From positions 1 through 32,716 of the forward strand of contig JBEKOJ010000001.1 of NCBI GenBank assembly GCA_049521895.1: a DNA stretch of 32,716 bases. The letters are read 5' to 3'. The notes under the pieces were generated by a model, which saw nothing but the letters and a program-made list of their open reading frames with translations, did not search any database and was not told the DNA's origin. The stretch is from Candidatus Saccharimonadales bacterium (GTDB taxonomy: Bacteria; Patescibacteriota; Saccharimonadia; Saccharimonadales; UBA10212). Positions 22,324 to 29,550 of the stretch are shown here, one piece after another (the stretch's first letter is position 1; each line of letters opens with the position of its first letter). Both the position numbers and the translations under genes were made by a program.

Positions 22324-23445
22324 ATGACAGGGCAGGAATCATTAGATCAGCCGGATCAAACACCATTCACGTCGGTGGTTGAGCATTTGCGGGCAAGTTC
22401 AGGCGATCGGGAACAGTTTGATCTCGCAGTTAGGGCAGCTTTAGCTAAAGTAAAGGTCTATGCGGAGACGCTTGGCGTCGGCAAACAAATTACGCCCGAT
22501 CAAACCCAAATGCTTTACGAACATGGGTTTACACTTCTAAAAAGAGAATTACCCAGCGATTTTAGTCTGCTTTTTGCTCGGCAAGCTAACACTGAAGTAA
22601 TGCGTAAGGACCAAAAAACCGGCCAGAACATATATGAACAACCCCTAGTTGAAGCTTTTAACACTACGTTTGCGGAAGAAATTGGGTTTGATAAAGAAGC
22701 GGCCGAAATACTTCAAGCACAACCTACGGAAGTTTTACCGACGGTAGATAGTGCGGCTGAACCAGATGAACTCGACCGCGATCTGGCAGCTTTAAATGGA
22801 GGCAGACTACCAACAGCTCCAGAGTCAGATGAAGATGTGGCGCTTACCGACGAAGTCACATCACCGACAGGGGAAGCCGGAATGTCTGACGCGGAGGCTG
22901 TCGAAAAAAGGAACCAAGAAATTAGTAACCTTGCTAATATGACCCATGAACAATTGAGGATCAGAAAGATCAGCGAGGACAGCTTAAACCCAGGAACCCA
23001 GTTTAGCCCGGAAGAACTAGAGGAATACAGGGTTAATTTAATTCGTGAGTGTGCTTACATGGACGCTGGTGAAATCCGCCTCAGGGAAGAATTTCTGGAG
23101 AGCCTGCATACCAGCGACGAAGAAAATCTCCCAGTTGCAGATACCTCTAATACCGGAAAAAAATCCGCGCAGGAGTTCGTGGAAAAACTGAAAGCTAAAG
23201 ATAGAATTACGGCTCAGGAAGCACTTGCTGAAGCAGAACGCGCACTAGATATGACTCGTTTTATGTATGAGCGAGCCAAGAACCAGGCCGCGATACGTGC
23301 CCGTAGAGATGGAATCGTAGGAATGGCTATGTGGAAATTACTTAAGGACGATATGGATTTTCAATTGGCAAAACGTGACCTGCAAAGGGCCAACCGCCAC
23401 GTTGAGTTTATGAGAGACTTATTGGCTGACCCTCGTATCAATTAA
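22324..23445 (+). CDS. Hypothetical acidic soluble protein (373 aa)
   Basis: Long open frame with a helical Glu/Asp-rich sequence. No TM, signal peptide or recognised motif. Confidence 0.6.
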   Translation: MTGQESLDQPDQTPFTSVVEHLRASSGDREQFDLAVRAALAKVKVYAETLGVGKQITPDQTQMLYEHGFTLLKRELPSDFSLLFARQANTEVMRKDQKTGQNIYEQPLVEAFNTTFAEEIGFDKEAAEILQAQPTEVLPTVDSAAEPDELDRDLAALNGGRLPTAPESDEDVALTDEVTSPTGEAGMSDAEAVEKRNQEISNLANMTHEQLRIRKISEDSLNPGTQFSPEELEEYRVNLIRECAYMDAGEIRLREEFLESLHTSDEENLPVADTSNTGKKSAQEFVEKLKAKDRITAQEALAEAERALDMTRFMYERAKNQAAIRARRDGIVGMAMWKLLKDDMDFQLAKRDLQRANRHVEFMRDLLADPRIN

Positions 23446-23471
23446 GTGATTCTTTACTATAATCTTTACTG

Positions 23472-24041
23472 ATGCTTCGTAAGATTTTAGCGTCTGATTC
23501 ACTGGTAGCCGCCCCGGCTTTGCTGGGCTGGAACCTATGCCGGCAGACGCCTCAAGGTGTTATTAAACTTAAGATTGTCGAAACCGAGGCCTACCATCAA
23601 GATGAGCCGGCCAGCCATAGTTTTCGGGGATTAACTCAACGGACGGCGCCAATGTTTAAAGCCGGTGGCCACTTATATGTTTATTTTACCTATGGCGTGC
23701 ATTACTGCCTTAATATTGTCGTTGGTGACAAAGGGGTAGGGGAGGCGGTTTTGCTGCGGGCCGGCGAGCCCATTTCCGGTGTAGAAATTATGCGGCAGAA
23801 CCGCAAGCTAACAGATATAAAAAACTTGGCCAATGGCCCCGGTAAATTGACGCAGGCTTTAGGAATTAAAGACACATCGCTCTCTGGAAAATTACTTAAC
23901 AGGTCAAGTATTTGGCTGGAAGCCCCCGAAAAATTAATTGACATTAAAGATGTAATCGCCAGCCCGCGGGTTGGTATTAAACAAGCCACCGAATTACCTT
24001 GGCGCTTTTGCATTACAGACAATCCGTTCGTATCACGCTAA
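23472..24041 (+). CDS. mpg: DNA-3-methyladenine glycosylase (Mpg/AAG family)
   Basis: Contains ETEAY...D.ASH...G.T.R...MF..GG..YVY..YG.H.C.N.V, the family signature. Confidence 0.88.
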   Translation: MLRKILASDSLVAAPALLGWNLCRQTPQGVIKLKIVETEAYHQDEPASHSFRGLTQRTAPMFKAGGHLYVYFTYGVHYCLNIVVGDKGVGEAVLLRAGEPISGVEIMRQNRKLTDIKNLANGPGKLTQALGIKDTSLSGKLLNRSSIWLEAPEKLIDIKDVIASPRVGIKQATELPWRFCITDNPFVSR

Positions 24042-24053
24042 ATTTAGAATATA

Positions 24054-24959
24054 ATGATGCTAATGGATCCGGTGATACATACTGACGCGTTGACTAAAAA
24101 ATACGGCGACCTGGCGGCCCTTGACCACCTAGATCTAGACGTCAAAAAGGGTGAAATCCTAGGGTATCTGGGCCCGAATGGCGCCGGCAAGACCACTACC
24201 ATCCGCTTGCTACTGGGCCTTATCAAACCGACCAGCGGCCAGGCTCATATCTTCGGCCTGGACAGCCAGAAAGACAAAATCGCTATCCACAAAAGGCTGG
24301 CTTATGTGCCCGGCGAAGCTGCGCTTTGGCCTAGTTTGACCGGCCAGGAAACTTTTTACTTGCTGGGTAAGATTCACGGCCAGATGGACATGCGTTACCT
24401 TAAAGAGCTCACGAAAAAATTTAATTTTGACCCGTCTAAGAAAGTCCGCACCTATTCTAAAGGCAACCGCCAAAAAATCAACTTGATCGCGGCCTTGGCA
24501 ACCCGGGCAGAACTGTTAATCATGGACGAGCCGACGGCTGGTTTGGATCCGATCATGGAACAAGCCTTTAAAGAGTGCGCACTGGAAGCTAAAGCCAACG
24601 GTCAGACGCTTTTTCTATCATCGCATGTCTTGGAAGAAGTTGAAGCTTTGTGCGACAGGCTAGCGATTTTGCGCAGCGGCAAATTGGTTGAACTGGGCAC
24701 GCTGGAGGAGATGCGCCATCTGTCAGCGGTTACGGTGCAGGCAACCTTTGCGGGCAAGCCGCCAAAAGTCAGTCATATCAAAAATGTGAAAAATGTCCGT
24801 GCTAGCGGTCGCCAGGTAGTTTGCCAAGTCCAGGGTGATATCGCACCGCTGCTGGCCGTTTTAGCTGCCGCTGAGCCCAAAACTTTGCTCAGCCGTGAAC
24901 CTTCGCTGGAAGAACTTTTCTTATCACTTTACGGCGCCGAAGAAGGACGCAAAGGTTAA
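24054..24959 (+). CDS. ABC transporter ATP-binding protein (ABC-2/DrrA-like)
   Basis: Walker A GPNGAGKTT, signature YSKGNRQK and Walker B LLIMDEP. The likely true start is ATG 24063, which lies 7 nt after TATAAT at 24050-24055. Confidence 0.92.
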   Translation: MMLMDPVIHTDALTKKYGDLAALDHLDLDVKKGEILGYLGPNGAGKTTTIRLLLGLIKPTSGQAHIFGLDSQKDKIAIHKRLAYVPGEAALWPSLTGQETFYLLGKIHGQMDMRYLKELTKKFNFDPSKKVRTYSKGNRQKINLIAALATRAELLIMDEPTAGLDPIMEQAFKECALEAKANGQTLFLSSHVLEEVEALCDRLAILRSGKLVELGTLEEMRHLSAVTVQATFAGKPPKVSHIKNVKNVRASGRQVVCQVQGDIAPLLAVLAAAEPKTLLSREPSLEELFLSLYGAEEGRKG

Positions 24960-24965
24960 AACAGC

Positions 24966-26609
24966 ATGAGCGTTCAGACCGCCGCGTTAAAACAGTTTCG
25001 CTGGCCCCAGCTGGCTATCAGCCGGTTCGTGACCCGGCGAACCGTGCGCAGCGCTACTTTTTGGGCCCTGATATTCGGGCTTTTTGTAGCCGCTAAAGCT
25101 ACCACTTACGCTTCTTCTTATCCGACAGTGCGCGCCCGGGCAGAGCTGGCTGCATCTTTTGGTAATAATATCGGCCTGAACATATTGCTGGGCTTACCCC
25201 ATAAGCTGGATACGGTTCTGGGCTTTACGGCTTGGAATACCTTAATCGTCATGGCGGTCATCGGCGGGATCTGGGCCTATTTGCTAGCTACTAAAACTTT
25301 CCGCGGCGAGGAAGAGGCCGGGCGTTATGAGATTTTGCTGTCCGGCCAAACCACGGGCCGCCGGGCGGCCACTAATACCTTGGTTGGTTTAGGTACAAGT
25401 TTGGTGGCGATGTACGTTGTTGCTGCGGTTACTTTCGTGCTTGTTGGAAGAGTCCATAACGTCAGCTTCACTACTGGTGCCGGTCTTTTCTTTGCACTTT
25501 GCGTAGTGGCCGGGGCAGCAATATTCATGGCCGTCGGCGCGCTGGCCAGCCAGCTTATGCCAACCCGCAGCCGGGCAGCCGCCCTTTCTACCGCAATATT
25601 TGGCATAAGTTTTTTACTGCGCGCCGCGGCCGATACCACCAGCGCGCATTGGCTGTTGGACATAACTCCCTTAGGATGGATTGAAAGGTTAAGACCGCTT
25701 TATGACAGCCAGCCACAGTGGCTAGTTCCCATCGGCGCTTTGATTTTATTACTTTGCGCCATAGCTATTTTTGTAGCCGGCCGCCGTGATCTTGGGGCAA
25801 GCATTTTTGCCGATAAAGATTCTGCCCGCCCCAAAACTAAATTACTGGGCCGGCCCCTGGCTTTAGCGTTCCGGCTCAACCGGGCAACGACTATAAGCTG
25901 GCTGGCCGCCGCCGGCTTAACAGCACTATTTTATGGCTTTATGACTAAACCGGCGGCCCAGGCGTTCAGCAGCTCCAAGCGCCTAGAGAACGCTCTGAGC
26001 CGCCTGACTCATACCGCCCAGGTAGCTGGCGCAAAAATATTCTTGGGGATTGTATTTTTCCTGTTGATGACTCTTATGATGTCCTATGTTGCCAGCGCGG
26101 CAGGGAAGATGCGCGAAGACGAAGCCAAAGGCTATCTGGATAATCTGCTTGTGCGGCACGTAGGCCGTTTACAATGGCTGTTTGGCAGAATATTTCTGAT
26201 TGTGATAACCGCTATTTTAGCCGGTTTGTTATCCGGTTTAGCCGTATGGGCCGGCGAAGCCAGCCAAGGCCAGGGCGTGCTATTTGGCTCGATACTGCTC
26301 GCCGGCATTAATTGCGTGGCGCCTGCTTTATTCACGCTAGGGATCGCCATGTTCATTTTTGGTTTCCTGCCGCGCCTGACCACTGTCATGGCTTATGGTG
26401 TTATCGCCTGGTCATTTTTATTAGAAATGCTGAGCTCGGGCCTCAACCTGAGCCATTGGGTACTTGACACCTCAATCCTGCATCATATCCAGTTAGCTCC
26501 TGTCACCAACCCAGACTGGCATACCAACTGGATCATATTGGGCTTAAGCGTTATTCTGATGGCTTTGGGTATGCTTAGATTTAATAACCGGGATTTACAA
26601 AATGAGTAA
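24966..26609 (+). CDS. ABC-2-type exporter permease (about 12 TM)
   Basis: 547-aa polytopic membrane protein immediately downstream of the ATPase. Confidence 0.8.
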   Translation: MSVQTAALKQFRWPQLAISRFVTRRTVRSATFWALIFGLFVAAKATTYASSYPTVRARAELAASFGNNIGLNILLGLPHKLDTVLGFTAWNTLIVMAVIGGIWAYLLATKTFRGEEEAGRYEILLSGQTTGRRAATNTLVGLGTSLVAMYVVAAVTFVLVGRVHNVSFTTGAGLFFALCVVAGAAIFMAVGALASQLMPTRSRAAALSTAIFGISFLLRAAADTTSAHWLLDITPLGWIERLRPLYDSQPQWLVPIGALILLLCAIAIFVAGRRDLGASIFADKDSARPKTKLLGRPLALAFRLNRATTISWLAAAGLTALFYGFMTKPAAQAFSSSKRLENALSRLTHTAQVAGAKIFLGIVFFLLMTLMMSYVASAAGKMREDEAKGYLDNLLVRHVGRLQWLFGRIFLIVITAILAGLLSGLAVWAGEASQGQGVLFGSILLAGINCVAPALFTLGIAMFIFGFLPRLTTVMAYGVIAWSFLLEMLSSGLNLSHWVLDTSILHHIQLAPVTNPDWHTNWIILGLSVILMALGMLRFNNRDLQNE

Positions 26610-27042
26610 GAAAAAGACAATCGTAATTTGTTCCAGCGGAGCATTTTATAAACATGTTGTGGAACTCGCCGACCAGCTTCGTGCGCTCGGCTATAAGGTA
26701 GTTATTCCCGCAACGGCAGAGCAGATGAGAATTAGCGGCGATTATGACATTTCAAAAATTAAAACATGGTACACCAACCCCAAGGACGTGCATATCAAAG
26801 TTAAAAAAATGCGCGGGCATTTTGAAGAGGTCGCCGCAGGCGATGCCATTTTGTTAGTAAATGACGATAAACCAACCCAACCTAACTATATTGGACCGAA
26901 TGGCCTTATGGAATGGGGTTTGGCAGCCTACTTAGGCAAATCCGTGTTTATACTGCACAAAGTTCCTAAAAGATCGAATTTTTATGAGGAATCTCTCACC
27001 GCTGTGGTCCTGAATGGCGATTTGAGTAAAATAAAATTATAA
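26602..27042 (+). CDS. Nucleoside 2-deoxyribosyltransferase-like (Rossmann-like) protein
   Basis: KTIVICSSGAFY...ILLVND...GPNGLMEWGLAAYLGKSVFIL resembles the Nuc_deoxyrib_tr-like fold (recognised from memory only). Overlaps the permease stop by 8 nt. Confidence 0.5.
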   Translation: MSKKKTIVICSSGAFYKHVVELADQLRALGYKVVIPATAEQMRISGDYDISKIKTWYTNPKDVHIKVKKMRGHFEEVAAGDAILLVNDDKPTQPNYIGPNGLMEWGLAAYLGKSVFILHKVPKRSNFYEESLTAVVLNGDLSKIKL

Positions 27043-27074
27043 AAAAAGAAACGGTGATTTTCGCATCTATCACC
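27041..27074 (-). terminator. Weak intrinsic terminator for the minus-strand hydrolase gene
   Basis: On the minus strand, GGUGAU-loop-AUCACC is followed by GUUUCUUUUUUU. Confidence 0.4.
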
Positions 27075-27086
27075 ACGCCCCTGTTT

Positions 27087-27110
27087 AATTACTTAACCTG
27101 TTAAGTAATT
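27087..27110. repeat. Palindrome AATTACTTAAC-CT-GTTAAGTAATT (family copy 3) between convergent genes
   Basis: Perfect 11+11 inverted repeat ending one base before the stop codon of the minus-strand gene (27111). Confidence 0.7.
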
Positions 27111-28037
27111 TTATAAGAAAGCCTGGACGGTAGCGCTAGTAATCGATGCAAAAATCTGGTGGCCTTCGGCATCATCATAATCGCCGTCATTATCCATCTT
27201 GGTAAAAATCACCAGCACGTAAGGGTGTTTGCCGTTGTCGATGATAGCGGCGTCGTGTACCCGGTCGTCTAAAAAACCGATTTTATGGTATACCTTGACG
27301 CCTTTGGGCACCGAGGCCACGATGTAGTTATCGTAGTTGGCATCGTGCATATAGTTCATCAACAGCTGGGTGTCGGCAGAGTTTAGTAGCTCGCCTTTGT
27401 AGAGTTTAGCTAAAAGCAGCGATATGTCATCAACTGTCAAGGTGTTTTGGCTAGGATCGTAATTGATAAGCCCGATTTCTTGGGCATAATTCGACAGGGC
27501 GTCGTTGGTCAACAAGTTGTTTAGATTGATCCAAGCGGTGTCATCGCTGATTTCAATAAGTTGCTGCAGCTCATATTGTGCGCTGGAGCCATCAATGTCT
27601 TCGTTGAGGGTTTGCTGTCCAAGCTCCACTTCGTGTAAAAAGAGGCTGGCGGTCAACACCTTGGAGATACTGGCAGCTATAAAAGCCTGGCCGATGCCAT
27701 AGTGGTAGGATTTATGATTATTTAGGTCCACTATAGCTACGCCCACTTCCATATCCTGGTAACTACTGATCACATCGTTAATCTGGCTGGACATTAGCGA
27801 CGTTTGGGCAGCGGTTAGAGTTGGCTTGCTGACGGCCTCAACCTTGCTGAATTTTGCCTTACCCAAGTTAAACGGCAGGTTGGACAGCCGCGTGTAGTGG
27901 TAGCCAAGCATTATAAGCAGTACCAACAAGGGGAATCCCAGCAGCCACTTGATAGATATTTTGCCGGATTTCTTGCTTGAATCCTTGGGCGGTAGCCTGC
28001 TAGAGCGATAATAATTATTGAGGCCGTGACTTTGCAT
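27111..28037 (-). CDS. Class A beta-lactamase-like serine hydrolase, membrane-anchored
   Basis: Has an S-x-x-K motif (ASISK), an SDN-like motif (ISDD) and a KTG-like motif (HKIG). One N-terminal TM. Confidence 0.75.
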   Translation of the reverse strand: MQSHGLNNYYRSSRLPPKDSSKKSGKISIKWLLGFPLLVLLIMLGYHYTRLSNLPFNLGKAKFSKVEAVSKPTLTAAQTSLMSSQINDVISSYQDMEVGVAIVDLNNHKSYHYGIGQAFIAASISKVLTASLFLHEVELGQQTLNEDIDGSSAQYELQQLIEISDDTAWINLNNLLTNDALSNYAQEIGLINYDPSQNTLTVDDISLLLAKLYKGELLNSADTQLLMNYMHDANYDNYIVASVPKGVKVYHKIGFLDDRVHDAAIIDNGKHPYVLVIFTKMDNDGDYDDAEGHQIFASITSATVQAFL

Positions 28038-28179
28038 ATTTGTTTTACGCTATAGACTTTAGCTTAAGTCAAGCTTAAAGCAGTAACTTCTAGTCTAGCA
28101 CGTAGATTGAAAATTTTACTACGCTTACAAGCTAGCCCTAAAGAGTTAATTAACATAAGCAAAATGTAGTAAAAAATAC

Positions 28180-28208
28180 TTGACAATATGGCCGCAGAAG
28201 CATATATT
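28180..28208 (+). promoter_or_regulatory. Near-consensus sigma70-type promoter TTGACA-N17-TATATT with no ORF behind it
   Basis: -35 at 28180-28185 and -10 at 28203-28208. Confidence 0.65.
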
Positions 28209-28214
28209 AAGACT

Positions 28215-28327
28215 TAGTCATCGTGAGGTGACCACGATAATCTCAGCAATGGAATTATCGTACGGTAATAAACCCTCGGGCGAGTTATCGTCCAAAAAAG
28301 AGACCCTCGTGGCCTCTTTTTTGTTTT
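28215..28327 (+). ncRNA. Candidate ~110-nt sRNA or attenuator leader ending in an A-tract/hairpin/T-tract
   Basis: Hairpins are ATCGTG/CACGAT, CGATAAT/ATTATCG and ATTATC-GTAC-GGTAAT. TTATCGT and ACCCTCG are each duplicated, allowing alternative pairings. The terminator-like hairpin pairs 28294-28305 with 28311-28322 and runs into a T-tract. Confidence 0.5.
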
Positions 28328-28494
28328 CTGAGCTTTCCGCCGCGCTGGCCTGCCTTCTGGCAGAGCCAGAAGCTCCGCCAGCACTCTTGTCGCAGCGCGT
28401 TGTTGCATCCTGCGGTCCGCGCTCACCGTATTACATATACGGCTAGCTTGCGTTCCTCGTCTGCGCCTAGCGCTGCACAAGCGGAAAAACTCAG
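28328..28494 (+). ncRNA. Unclassified structured element, copy B (homolog of 8221-8389)
   Basis: Closing stem 28328-28340/28481-28494. Nested stems 28344-49/28377-82 and 28386-98/28470-81. TGTTGCATCCT lies at 28401 and CTGCGCCTAGCGC at 28461. Confidence 0.6.
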
Positions 28495-28541
28495 AAGTTT
28501 GCGCGAGATGACACTTTTTATTAAGTATAATTAGGTGGATC

Positions 28542-28931
28542 ATGGTAGAAATCAACGATAAAGAGTTTGAGGAAATTATTAGCCAGGGAATAGCGGCCAT
28601 CCCAAACTTGTATCAAAAACATCTGCAGAATGTGGCTTTCTTGGTAGAGGACGATCCCACACCTCAGCAGCGCGTGAAACTCAATCTCTACCCACACGAG
28701 ACGTTATTCGGCTTATACGAAGGTGTGCCATTGCCACAGAGGGGCGGCGGCACCAAACTGTTGCCAGATAAAATAACTATCTTTAAAAACCCACTGCAAA
28801 ATGCTAGCCGTAATCTAGCTGAGTTAAAAGAAAACGTCCGCCACACAATCTGGCACGAGGTTGCCCATTACTATGGTTTGGATCATAAAAGGATCCACGA
28901 ATTGGAAGGTACTGACAGATCCTCGGGATGA
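28542..28931 (+). CDS. Zincin-like metallopeptidase-family protein (HExxH); C-terminus altered by a 135-bp duplication or insertion
   Basis: WHEVAHYYGL is the HExxH motif in a small ~130-aa protein, resembling the Zincin_1/DUF1025-type family (from memory). The -10 TATAAT is at 28526-28531. Confidence 0.75.
   Translation: MVEINDKEFEEIISQGIAAIPNLYQKHLQNVAFLVEDDPTPQQRVKLNLYPHETLFGLYEGVPLPQRGGGTKLLPDKITIFKNPLQNASRNLAELKENVRHTIWHEVAHYYGLDHKRIHELEGTDRSSG
28877..28906 (+). repeat. 30-bp perfect direct repeat, copy 1 (inside the 3' end of the metallopeptidase gene)
   Basis: TTTGGATCATAAAAGGATCCACGAATTGGA is identical to 29012-29041. Confidence 0.9.
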
Positions 28932-29011
28932 GCAGCCCGAGCGTCGGATTTATTCCGCGCCCGGTGCGATGAGAAACCCCGAAGGGGTGTCTCATAAGGC
29001 GAAGCCGCTGT

Positions 29012-29041
29012 TTTGGATCATAAAAGGATCCACGAATTGGA
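29012..29041 (+). repeat. 30-bp perfect direct repeat, copy 2
   Basis: Identical to 28877-28906, with a 135-bp period. Confidence 0.9.
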
Positions 29042-29104
29042 TAGACCGCCAAAAAATCCAGGCAACTAGAATTGCTACCAGCGCAAATTCCTGTGGACAA
29101 AAGC

Positions 29105-29133
29105 TTGAAAAGTTGCTGAAGCAAGCATATGAT
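29105..29133 (+). promoter_or_regulatory. Promoter TTGAAA-N17-TATGAT for the YggT-like gene
   Basis: -35 at 29105-29110 and -10 at 29128-29133. SD AAGGAGG at 29151-29157. Confidence 0.55.
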
Positions 29134-29161
29134 AGGTTTATTAATAACTTAAGGAGGAAAC

Positions 29162-29464
29162 ATGCAATACTCTCACAAGCAAATGGTCGCCTGGATGGTG
29201 CACTTTTTCGTGGGGGTCGCAGAGCTACTTCTGGCATTGCGCGTCGTGCTACGGTTCTTTAACGGGAACCCGGACGCTACGTTTGTGCACTGGTGCTACG
29301 CCAGCACAAACACATTGCTAGAGCCGTTCCGCAACGTATTTACTTCTACCGGAGTAATCCAGCGCGGTTGGGTTGTAGACTACGTGGCGCTATTCGCCAT
29401 TGCGGTCTACGCTCTTGCCGGCTATCTCGCACTTGGCCTGGCAAATCGCTGGGTTAAAAAATAA
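29162..29464 (+). CDS. YggT-family small membrane protein
   Basis: 100 aa with two TM and a YggT-like pattern (LALRVVLRFF...LLEPFR). Strong SD. Confidence 0.7.
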   Translation: MQYSHKQMVAWMVHFFVGVAELLLALRVVLRFFNGNPDATFVHWCYASTNTLLEPFRNVFTSTGVIQRGWVVDYVALFAIAVYALAGYLALGLANRWVKK

Positions 29465-29491
29465 TAAAACTGCAAAAATAATATAAAAAAC

Positions 29492-29523
29492 GGGCGCGGC
29501 CTTACGGGGTCGCGTTCTTTTTA
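29492..29523 (+). terminator. Rho-independent terminator after the YggT-like gene
   Basis: CGCGGCC-TTACGG-GGTCGCG forms 7 bp including one G-U pair. It is followed by TTCTTTTT. Confidence 0.7.
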
Positions 29524-29550
29524 TGGCTTATATGGCTGTACAATGGGGTA

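Noticed and set aside
28215-28327. Possible SRP (4.5S) RNA, because AGCA and GGAA occur in one hairpin loop.
   Set aside because: The motif order is reversed (AGCA before GGAA). The 5' and 3' ends do not pair into a rod, and the conserved domain IV sequence is absent.
28180-28600. ORFs 28180..28446 (+) and 28214..28600 (-) spanning the sRNA candidate and element B.
   Set aside because: They have no SD and an Arg/Ala/Pro-rich shadow composition. They cross a terminator-like hairpin. The conserved blocks shared with copy A fall in different reading frames in the two copies (frame 1 in A versus frame 0 in B for TGTTGC...).
28907-29011. Hammerhead or other small ribozyme in the 105-nt insert (two GATGAG boxes and a GAA-loop hairpin).
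   Set aside because: The hammerhead core needs CUGAnGA plus GAAA plus a UH cleavage site in a three-way junction, and only GAUGAG fragments are present. No twister-type or HDV-type signatures could be assembled.
28877-29041. Diversity-generating retroelement TR/VR pair.
   Set aside because: The repeats are only 30 bp long and perfectly identical, with no adenine-specific differences. No reverse transcriptase gene is nearby.
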